NCBI RefSeq assembly: GCF_003945235.1
Contig: NZ_RSDW01000001.1
Coordinates: 4,380,001 to 4,412,000 of the forward strand
DNA length: 32,000 nucleotides
Direction: 5' to 3'
DNA from: Edaphobacter aggregans
Lineage (GTDB): Bacteria; Acidobacteriota; Terriglobia; Terriglobales; Acidobacteriaceae
The position numbers were made by a program, and so were the translations under genes. The notes below the pieces were generated by a model. That model made no database searches. It was not told where the DNA came from and saw only the letters and a program-made list of their open reading frames with translations. The stretch's first letter is position 1. Each line of letters begins with the position of its first letter. Shown here in pieces: positions 9,130 through 16,358 of this stretch.

Positions 9130-10965
9130 TTACGGGCGAGCATAGACTCGATAGACTTCGAGGCCTTGCGAGTCGTAGAGGAATAAGGATTTATAGACTC
9201 GGCCTGCGAGCCAATGATCGAGCGCGGCGGTATCGTTGGCGCGGATGACGAGCAGATGCTCTTCATCGGGGACGCCGTCTTTGCTGTAGTGGATCAGGGG
9301 TTCGTCGCGGTAAAAGGCGAGGCCGTAGTCCATGTCGCGCTTGACGCCTTCGATGGCGAGGGGTTTCACTTCCGGTGCGAGTCGCTGGATTTCCTGTGCG
9401 AGAGGACGTGCCGAGTAGTTCAGGTCCAGATCCCGGCCGTTGAAGCCGAGCAGGAAGACCAGCATTGCGATCACAGGAAGCAGGGTCGCAGTGCAGATCT
9501 GTGAGATGCCCCAGCGACGGACGATCAGGAATACCGTGATGCCAAATGCAATGGCCGCGACACCTGCTATTGTCAGCCACTGTGCGGAGGGGACCAGCGT
9601 CTCGTACTTCATGTGCTGCGGGGCCAGCGTGAGAACGAAGACGAGGATGGCGCAGATGGCGGCATGGGACCAGAGCAGCCACTTTGGTAGACCCTGGCGG
9701 CGAATGCGGTTCAGATAGTCGGCTGTAAGGATGGTCAGCGGTGGGATGGAGGGCAGGATGTAGCCGGGGAGCTTCGATCCGGAGAAGGAGAAGAAGAGGA
9801 TGGGGAAGAGCGCCCAGAGGACGAGGAATTCAGGGAACGCATCGCCTGCGCGGGAGTGGCCAAGGTAGCGCTGGGGGTTGTGGCGGACCTTCCACTCGGC
9901 GATAGAGACCTGGATGGAGTCGACGAGCGCGCGGATGGAGATGACGGTCCAGGGCATCAGGCCAATGAGCAGAATCGCGAGGTAGTACCAGAAGGGCTGA
10001 TGGTGCTGGTAGCGGTTAGTGGCGAATCGCTCCAGATTGTGCTCGAGGAAGAAGAGCTTGTAGAAGGTGGGGTTTCGCCTCTGAACGGCGATGTACCAAG
10101 GCAGCACCATGAGGAGGTAGAGCAGGATGCCGGGGAGCCAGATGGTGCGGCGGAGGAGGGACCACTCGCGGCGGAGACCGGCGAAGAGCAGGATAATGGC
10201 GAGGGCAAGGAAGGGTGCTACAGGACCTTTGGCGAGAGTAGCGGCGGCTCCGAAGAAGTAGAGGTCGAAGAGCCAGAACTTCTTACCGGTTTCGTACCAA
10301 GCGTACCAGCCGAGCATGCCGATGCAGAACGGGGCTGCGAGCTGCATGTCGGTGGAGGCTCCGCGGGAGAAGCTGACGATAGCGACGCAGGAGGCGGTGA
10401 TGAGCGCGGCGTCGAGGTGGCCTCCGGGGCGGAAACGCCGCATGTGGAGGAAGATCAAGATGATGAGGACGAAGGCTCCGGAGGTGGATGGGAGTCGAGC
10501 GGACCAGTCGTAGACGCCGAACTCCTTGAAGAAGCCCATGGCGCGCCAGTAGTAGAGGGCTGGCTTCTCGAGCCAGGGCTGACCGTAGAGAACTGGAGTG
10601 ATCGTGCCTCCGGCGAGGCAGTGGAAGGAGTTGCGTAGATCGGTGATGCGGAGGCTACGGGGGAAGACTTTAGCGTTGACCTCGTGACAGGCGGCGGAGT
10701 GCGCGGTGAGCATCTCACTGGCGATCTGGGCGTAGCGGGGTTCGTCGGCGCCGACGAGTCCGAGCTGGTCGCCGCCGAAGATGGGGACGAGACCATAGAG
10801 CAGAAGGAAGCCGCTGACGAGGATAAGGATCGCCATCTCGCGAGACGCGGTTGCCTCGGGGTGTTCCCAGAAGCGACGCAACCAGGCGAAGCGTGCATGA
10901 TTTGGCGGCGCGCCGGTACCGGCGGATTGTTGAAGGTCGTTCATTTCATTCGTGGAGCGAGACAA
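9130..10965 (-). CDS. ArnT/PMT-like (GT39/GT83-type) membrane glycosyltransferase
   Basis: About 600-aa polytopic membrane protein. The family-typical first periplasmic loop motif GADEPRYAQIASEM is present, with many TM helices and a C-terminal soluble domain. The 10965 start is a TTG 2 nt after the nrnA stop. The first in-frame ATG is at 10944, so the start is uncertain. Confidence 0.8.
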   Translation of the reverse strand: MSRSTNEMNDLQQSAGTGAPPNHARFAWLRRFWEHPEATASREMAILILVSGFLLLYGLVPIFGGDQLGLVGADEPRYAQIASEMLTAHSAACHEVNAKVFPRSLRITDLRNSFHCLAGGTITPVLYGQPWLEKPALYYWRAMGFFKEFGVYDWSARLPSTSGAFVLIILIFLHMRRFRPGGHLDAALITASCVAIVSFSRGASTDMQLAAPFCIGMLGWYAWYETGKKFWLFDLYFFGAAATLAKGPVAPFLALAIILLFAGLRREWSLLRRTIWLPGILLYLLMVLPWYIAVQRRNPTFYKLFFLEHNLERFATNRYQHHQPFWYYLAILLIGLMPWTVISIRALVDSIQVSIAEWKVRHNPQRYLGHSRAGDAFPEFLVLWALFPILFFSFSGSKLPGYILPSIPPLTILTADYLNRIRRQGLPKWLLWSHAAICAILVFVLTLAPQHMKYETLVPSAQWLTIAGVAAIAFGITVFLIVRRWGISQICTATLLPVIAMLVFLLGFNGRDLDLNYSARPLAQEIQRLAPEVKPLAIEGVKRDMDYGLAFYRDEPLIHYSKDGVPDEEHLLVIRANDTAALDHWLAGRVYKSLFLYDSQGLEVYRVYARP

Positions 10966-10967
10966 GG

Positions 10968-11939
10968 CTAACAGAGTCCTGTTCTAAGCTGTGCGAGGAT
11001 TCTGTCGGTGGCTTCGGTGAGGGGGCCGTCCAGGGTGCAGCCGCTGGCGCTGCGGTGGCCGCCGCCGCCAAAGCCCTCGGCGATCTGGGCTACATCGACC
11101 TTGCCTTTGCTGCGGATGCTGAGGCGGAACTGATCGACGGAAGGGAGCTCGCGGAGGAAGACGGCGGACTCGATTCCGGCGATGCTGATGAGGTAGTTGA
11201 CGACGCCTTCGCAGTCTTCGGCGCCGGCGCCAGCCTGATCCATGTCGTCGCTGGTGACCCAGCTCCATGCCAAAGGCCCGTCGCACTGGAGATTGGAGAG
11301 GGCCGTGCCAAGGAGGCGGATCTTGCTGGCCGGGTTGGAGAAGTAGAGGTCGCGGGCGATCTGGCTGGGGTTTGCCCCACGGGCGGCAAGGTCGTGGGCG
11401 AGGGCGAAGGTTTCGGCATTGGTGCTGGGGTAGGTGAAGGAGCCGGTGTCGGAGAGGATTGCGGTGTAGAGACAGGTGGCCATCGAAGGTGTGATGTCGA
11501 CCTTAGCGGCGATGGCGATACGGTAGACCATGGCGGCGACGGCGCAGGCATGCTCGTCGATCCAGTTGAGTGCGCCGAAGGGACGGCCGCTGGCGTGATG
11601 GTCGATGTTGACGAGGGTTCGATTTTCGAGGCCGAGTAGACCGGTGCGGGCGATGCCGTCGCACTCGAGGAGGATGGCGGGGGCGGTGCCGGTGGGGTCG
11701 ATGTCGTTGGCGGAGGGGGTGTGGTGGATGCGGTGGATGTTGGGGAGGGTGTGGTAAATGAAGGGGCTGGAGTCGGCCAGAACGATGTTGGTTTGACAGC
11801 CAAGCTGGTCGAGGATCTCGGCGAGGGCGAGGACGGAGCCGATGGCGTCGCCGTCGGGGCGGGCGTGGGAGGTGAGGAGGAGGCGACGGTTGGAGCGGAA
11901 GAACTCCAGGAGCGCTTCGATGTTGGCTTCTGGGGTCAT
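10968..11939 (-). CDS. nrnA: DHH/DHHA1 phosphoesterase, NrnA-type oligoribonuclease/pAp phosphatase
   Basis: Motifs HARPDGDAIGS, NIDHH and GGGHRSASG are present. The start overlaps the rbfA stop by 4 nt (ATGA at 11936-11939). The position after rbfA is typical of this family. Confidence 0.85.
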   Translation of the reverse strand: MTPEANIEALLEFFRSNRRLLLTSHARPDGDAIGSVLALAEILDQLGCQTNIVLADSSPFIYHTLPNIHRIHHTPSANDIDPTGTAPAILLECDGIARTGLLGLENRTLVNIDHHASGRPFGALNWIDEHACAVAAMVYRIAIAAKVDITPSMATCLYTAILSDTGSFTYPSTNAETFALAHDLAARGANPSQIARDLYFSNPASKIRLLGTALSNLQCDGPLAWSWVTSDDMDQAGAGAEDCEGVVNYLISIAGIESAVFLRELPSVDQFRLSIRSKGKVDVAQIAEGFGGGGHRSASGCTLDGPLTEATDRILAQLRTGLC

Positions 11940-12361
11940 GGTTTGGAGATGGGTGTGGTCGAGACCGGGGTGGGTTCTGGTTCTGCGGCTGTGCGCTTCT
12001 TGTCGCGTTTGCGCATGCGGCCGAGGAGCTCGTCCATGCGTCCGGTCATTTTTTCGGAGCGGTCGATGGCGAAGGTTAGTTCGGGGACGTGGCGTACCCC
12101 CATGCGGTCGCGGAGCTGGGAACGGATGTAGGCGCGGGCGGCGAGTAGGCCTTCGAGTGTGGAGGCTTCTTCCTGCTCGGTGCCGTGGACGGCGACGAAG
12201 ATGCGGGCGGACTTGCCACCGGGTGCGAGGACGACATCGGTAACGTAGCTGGGAGCGATGCGTGGGTCGGAGAGTTCGCCTTCGAGCATTGCGCCTATCT
12301 CTTCGGAGAAGGTATTGGCGACTCGGTTGCGGTGGTACGTTCTGGCTCTTTGCTCGGGCAT
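11936..12361 (-). CDS. rbfA: Ribosome-binding factor A
   Basis: RVANTFSEEIGAMLEGELSDPRI ... VTDVVLAPGGKSARIFV is typical of RbfA. The ORF-track frame extends to 12412. I prefer the internal ATG at 12359-12361 (MPEQRARTYHRNRV), but the start is uncertain. Confidence 0.88.
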   Translation of the reverse strand: MPEQRARTYHRNRVANTFSEEIGAMLEGELSDPRIAPSYVTDVVLAPGGKSARIFVAVHGTEQEEASTLEGLLAARAYIRSQLRDRMGVRHVPELTFAIDRSEKMTGRMDELLGRMRKRDKKRTAAEPEPTPVSTTPISKP

Positions 12362-12455
12362 GTGCTTTCTACTAGGGTGAACGGTTGAGGATACCAAAGT
12401 ATGGGAATTCACTCTAGTTTAATGTGAGCCGTGGTGAATTTGCGGGGTTTGCGGG

Positions 12456-12752
12456 CTACTCGGGGAGGATGTCGGCGTAGGAGTCGGTAATTTCGGCGCC
12501 CAGGGTGTTGGCCAGACGGTGGACAGCGTTGTCGATTTGCTGGATTTGGCCGGTTAGGTAGCTGGTGGAGGAGGAGATGGCGGCTATGCCGAGGGTAGCG
12601 CGGTTCCAGACGATTCCGTCGTCGAGTTCGGCGATAGAGAGGTTGAAGCTGTGGCGGAGCTTGTCCTTGAGGGAGCGGATGACCTGACGGCGATCTTTGA
12701 GGGATTGCGCGTGAGGGATTTCGATCTCGATGGTTAGTTTGGCTAAGGGCAT
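12456..12752 (-). CDS. DUF503 (YlxP-like) small protein
   Basis: MPLAKLTIEIEIPHAQSLKDRRQVIRSLKDKLRHSFNLSIAELD... matches the DUF503 pattern. That family classically sits just upstream of rbfA. The ATG at 12750-12752 is preferred over the extended 12851 start. Confidence 0.8.
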   Translation of the reverse strand: MPLAKLTIEIEIPHAQSLKDRRQVIRSLKDKLRHSFNLSIAELDDGIVWNRATLGIAAISSSTSYLTGQIQQIDNAVHRLANTLGAEITDSYADILPE

Positions 12753-12929
12753 TTTTTGAGGGGTGTGTCCCCAGATATGTTTTGGTACTAAAGTATTGAT
12801 TCTTCGATGGTTGAGTTTGGACTTATATCGCGCCCGTTCAAAACAATCCATTTAGTTCAACTATTTCTATTGTAGACAGTTGAGTGGGGTGATTCGGCCA
12901 AATTTTGGTGATCTGGCTTGACAAGCTTT

Positions 12930-15900
12930 TTATGGGGTTACGACCAGCGTGTAGGGGATGGTGTGAGTTACTCCGGAGTTTTGGGCGGTGGCTGTGATCT
13001 GGAAGGTGTAGCTGCCGGGGGCGGTTGAGGCTGGGTACTTGCCGCTGCAGCCGGTCAGGGCGGTTGTGGTCAGGGCTGCGAGTAGGAGCAGGCCGAGGAG
13101 TGAGCGGGTTAGGCCGAGGGTTCGGCGGCGGAGGGCGAGGCAGCCGAGGATCGCGGTGAGGGTCAGGGTCGGCTGGGTTGGGAAGGAGCCGGATGGGTGT
13201 GCGGGGGCGAGTGGGTTAGCGGGTTGGTGGAGGCGGGCGTATCCGATGACGTCGGAGGTGTCGACGTAGAGGTTGAGGGTGAGGGTGGAGTTGGCGTTGA
13301 GGGTCCCGTTGATGGGGAGGCAGGTGGCGTGGGCGGGAAGGTTGGAACAGGTGAGGGCTATCTGGTCGGAGAAGCCGCCGAGGGAGGTGGCGACGACCGG
13401 GAAGGTTCCGTGGTGCTCGGTCTGGAGGGTGATGCTAGGGTTGGGCGTGGTGAGGGTGTAGTCGGAGACGTTGACGACGACGGAGATGGGTACGGATGTC
13501 GAGGGAGAGTAGTTGATGTCGCCGGAGTAGGAGGCGGCGATGGTGTGGATTCCGGGGGCGAGGTTGGAGATGGGGATGGTCGCGGAGCCGTTGGTGAAGG
13601 GAACGGCTGGCGTAATGGCGGCGCCGCCATCAAAGAGGATGACGGAGCCGGTGGCGGGTGGGAGGGTTGTTGTCCCAGTGGGTAGCGTGGCTCCGGGGGC
13701 GCTGATGGTTGCGACAAACTGGATGGTGGCGCGCTGGGCGGCGGGGTTGGGGCCGGCGGTGATGCTGGTCGCGGAGGGTGCGGGATTGACGGCGATGGTG
13801 AGTGGGCTCGATGTGTCTGTACCGTAGTGGGCGATGAAGGTTGCGGGGCCTCCGACGAGGACGACTGTAGCAGAGCAAGTGGCGGTGACGTCAAGGATGC
13901 AGGTGACGGTGACGGGGCCGGTGAAGGTAATGAGACCGGTCGGCGTGGACGTGTTGGTTGTGGCGACGTGGGCTGTGAGTGTGAAGGGGTGGAAGGCCTG
14001 GGCCGGGTTCGGTGCGGCGGTGAGCGTGACGGTGTTTGGACTGGTCGGCGTCGTGGGGTTGACGACTTGGATCACCGTGTTGGAGGTGGCGGCGGCGTGG
14101 TTCGTGTCTCCAGCGAAGGTGGCCTGGACAGGGTGGGAGCCGACGGTGAGGGAGGTGGTGGTGAAGGTATAGGCTCCGGCGGCGTTGGGCGTGTTAATGG
14201 TGGCGAGGGGGGCACCGTTGTCGGTGAGTTGGATTGGGCCGGGGTTGGTGCCGTCAGTGGAGGTGCTTGTGACGGTGAAGGTGACGGATTGGCCGAGTTC
14301 AGAGGGGTTGGGGGTGGAGGTCAAGGTGAGAGTGGTCGGGTAGGGGTCTACGAGGACGTAAACCTTGACCGAGAAGGCTGAGTCGACGGCTCCCGTGCCG
14401 GGGTATTGAGCAATGTAGGTGTGAAGGCCGGGAGTGACATTGTGGAGGGTATAGACGGCGGTGTCACTGCTGGTGAGCGAGATAGTCGGAGTAAGTGGCT
14501 GAAGATCCTGTTCAAAAGTGATAGGCGTGCCAGACGGTATGCTGCCGAATGTATTGTTGATCGTTGCGGTGAGGGTGAGGTCAGCTCCGGCGGCGAGGTG
14601 ATTCGATGATGCGGTCAGGAGGATAGAGGAGGGATCGGAGAGCGTTCCGGCGCGTTCGTAGGCTCCGAGGTCGATGATGGCGTAGGGCTTGCCGGTAAAG
14701 TTCTGGGGACGAGTGACACCATCGAGATCGGTGGGGTAGAGGGCGCTGTTGTTGCCGGCGTCGATGGCGGGCGAGGTGTTCTGGAGGTGGAAGTCGCCGG
14801 TGGTGGGGGAGTTGAAGAGTGGGTCGGCGGCGATGTTGCCGTAGGTGTTGGAGGTGTAGTCGCAGTAGGGGGACGGGACGGGTGCGAGTGCGGCGTTGAA
14901 GACGTCGTTGTGGTCCCAGACAGAGGGGTCCGTGGTGGGGTTGGTGGGGGCGAGGCAGTAGATGGTGGGATTGGCTGTGATGCCGACGACGATGTTGTTG
15001 ACGAGGATTGGCGGGACAGCAGGAGCGAAGAGGGAGATCTGGGCTCCGATGTCAGTGAAGGGGATGGATAGGAAGGTGGCGTTGCCGTAGAGGGTGTTGC
15101 TGGTGATGCTGGTGGCGGCGCTGGGCTCGTAGAAGGTGATGCCGGTGGCGGCGTTGTTGTAGATGAGATTGTCGTCGATGTTGAGCTGTCCGGAGGTTGA
15201 GCTGACGATGCCGTTGCCGTTTGCGTAACCCCCGAAGTAGATGCCGGCCGGATAGTAGCCAGTGGAGTTGCGGATGATGTTCTGGAGGATGGTGGCGGAG
15301 GCGCTGTTGGTGACCATGATGCCGCCGAACTGGTTGCCGTCGATGGTGTTGTGCTGGATAACAGGGCTGGTGGCGGTGGCGGTCTGCTCGACGAAGATGC
15401 CGTAGGCGTTAATCTGACAGTTGCTGCCGGAACCTCCGTCGAATTTGTTATTCGTGATGAGGTTGTTGGTGATGACGGCGTTGCCAGAGCGAACGTAGAT
15501 GCCGCAGGAGGTGTTCTGCTGAATCTGGTTCTGCTGGATGGCGGCATTGCCGCTGACTACGATGCCTCCGCCGAGAGATTGGCGATTAGGCCCAGGGCTG
15601 CCGTTCTGGATGATGAAGCCGGAGAGGACGGCTTGTGCAGCGGAGGCAGGGATGACCATGGTGACGGTGGTGGCGAGGCTGCCTCCGTCGATGGTGGCCT
15701 TGGGGCCGGTGAGGTCGGTGGTGACGGTGATGGATTTGCCGGTAAAGTCGATGTTTTCGTTATAGGTGCCAGAGGCTACGAGGACGGTGTCGCCTGGGTT
15801 GGCGGCGTTGATGCCGAGTTGGATGGTGGGCTGGTCGGCGGGGACATGAATGACCGTGAAGGCGTGGGCTGGAGTCAAGCTAAGCCCAAAGATAAAAAAG

Positions 15901-15932
15901 AACAAGGAGCAGAAAAGTCTCGAAGGGTGCAT
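12930..15932 (-). CDS. Secreted 1000-aa protein: N-terminal right-handed parallel beta-helix region followed by repeated bacterial Ig-like domains
   Basis: Signal peptide MHPSRLFCSLFFFIFGLSLTPAHA. Beta-helix style repeats are present (NNLITNN, IQHNTIDGNQFGGI, IRNSTGYY, IDDNLIYNN). Several Ig-like modules end in the group-3 style A.Y.GD..Y..S motif (ASYSGDINYSPSTS; ATFAGDTNHAAATS). The hydrophobic C-terminal segments are described in findings. Confidence 0.8.
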   Translation of the reverse strand: MHPSRLFCSLFFFIFGLSLTPAHAFTVIHVPADQPTIQLGINAANPGDTVLVASGTYNENIDFTGKSITVTTDLTGPKATIDGGSLATTVTMVIPASAAQAVLSGFIIQNGSPGPNRQSLGGGIVVSGNAAIQQNQIQQNTSCGIYVRSGNAVITNNLITNNKFDGGSGSNCQINAYGIFVEQTATATSPVIQHNTIDGNQFGGIMVTNSASATILQNIIRNSTGYYPAGIYFGGYANGNGIVSSTSGQLNIDDNLIYNNAATGITFYEPSAATSITSNTLYGNATFLSIPFTDIGAQISLFAPAVPPILVNNIVVGITANPTIYCLAPTNPTTDPSVWDHNDVFNAALAPVPSPYCDYTSNTYGNIAADPLFNSPTTGDFHLQNTSPAIDAGNNSALYPTDLDGVTRPQNFTGKPYAIIDLGAYERAGTLSDPSSILLTASSNHLAAGADLTLTATINNTFGSIPSGTPITFEQDLQPLTPTISLTSSDTAVYTLHNVTPGLHTYIAQYPGTGAVDSAFSVKVYVLVDPYPTTLTLTSTPNPSELGQSVTFTVTSTSTDGTNPGPIQLTDNGAPLATINTPNAAGAYTFTTTSLTVGSHPVQATFAGDTNHAAATSNTVIQVVNPTTPTSPNTVTLTAAPNPAQAFHPFTLTAHVATTNTSTPTGLITFTGPVTVTCILDVTATCSATVVLVGGPATFIAHYGTDTSSPLTIAVNPAPSATSITAGPNPAAQRATIQFVATISAPGATLPTGTTTLPPATGSVILFDGGAAITPAVPFTNGSATIPISNLAPGIHTIAASYSGDINYSPSTSVPISVVVNVSDYTLTTPNPSITLQTEHHGTFPVVATSLGGFSDQIALTCSNLPAHATCLPINGTLNANSTLTLNLYVDTSDVIGYARLHQPANPLAPAHPSGSFPTQPTLTLTAILGCLALRRRTLGLTRSLLGLLLLAALTTTALTGCSGKYPASTAPGSYTFQITATAQNSGVTHTIPYTLVVTP

Positions 15933-16085
15933 GGATCACCGCCGGTCTTTTTGCTTGCTGGGGGGCCCTGGTCGATATCTAGCTGAGGACGGGATGTTGG
16001 ATGCAGGATCGCGGTAAATGGTGGGATCGGGATGCTTTAGGTCCTTAGGCCTATTTCCATTTGTATTGCGAAGGAAAGAATAAAT

Positions 16086-16113
16086 CGGTTGGCGGTTGGC
16101 GGTTGGCGGTTGG
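16086..16113. repeat. Perfect tandem heptamer (CGGTTGG)x4
   Basis: Read directly as cggttgg cggttgg cggttgg cggttgg, followed by gg. It lies in the divergent spacer between the beta-helix gene and the GH63 gene. Confidence 0.95.
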
Positions 16114-16136
16114 GGACAGGCAACGGCAAGGGCAAA

Positions 16137-16184
16137 GCAGATCCCCATCCGCTTCGCTCAGGGCAGGCTCTTCGTGGATGACAA
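16137..16184 (+). repeat. Intergenic repeat family, copy A (core GCAGATCCCC..CTTCGCTCAGGGCAGGCTCTTCG..ATGACAA)
   Basis: Shares a 23-nt identical run (cttcgctcagggcaggctcttcg) and a 10-nt identical run (gcagatcccc) with 24276-24324. Confidence 0.85.
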
Positions 16185-16285
16185 GCAAGAACGGCAAATG
16201 CAGGTCGTCGCAGCGACGACAACACAATCCGTGATGGTGGGTTGAAGAATGGATAGTGAATTTTTGATTGGGGCGAGAGGGAAAG

Positions 16286-16315
16286 TTGACGCTAGGTGCA
16301 GGGTAGTCCTAGTGT
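16286..16315 (+). promoter_or_regulatory. Weak candidate promoter for the GH63 gene (TTGACG-18 nt-TAGTGT)
   Basis: TTGACG at 16286-16291 and TAGTGT at 16310-16315, about 45 nt upstream of the ATG. Pattern only. Confidence 0.2.
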
Positions 16316-16358
16316 GATTCAACAAGCTATCGATTCGAACGTTGAGATGAGGTGATGT

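Noticed and set aside
13039-15986. Numerous 60-310-aa ORFs in other frames and strands across the beta-helix/Ig protein gene (e.g. 14615-15547, 13358-13894, 15351-15986)
   Set aside because: These are Pro/Ser/Thr- or Gly/Asp-rich shadow frames. The 1000-aa frame has a signal peptide and coherent domain repeats.
16086-16113. Considered whether the heptamer tandem or the three-copy repeat family could be a CRISPR array
   Set aside because: The repeat unit is 7 nt with no spacers. The family copies are kilobases apart with no regular spacing, and no cas genes are present.
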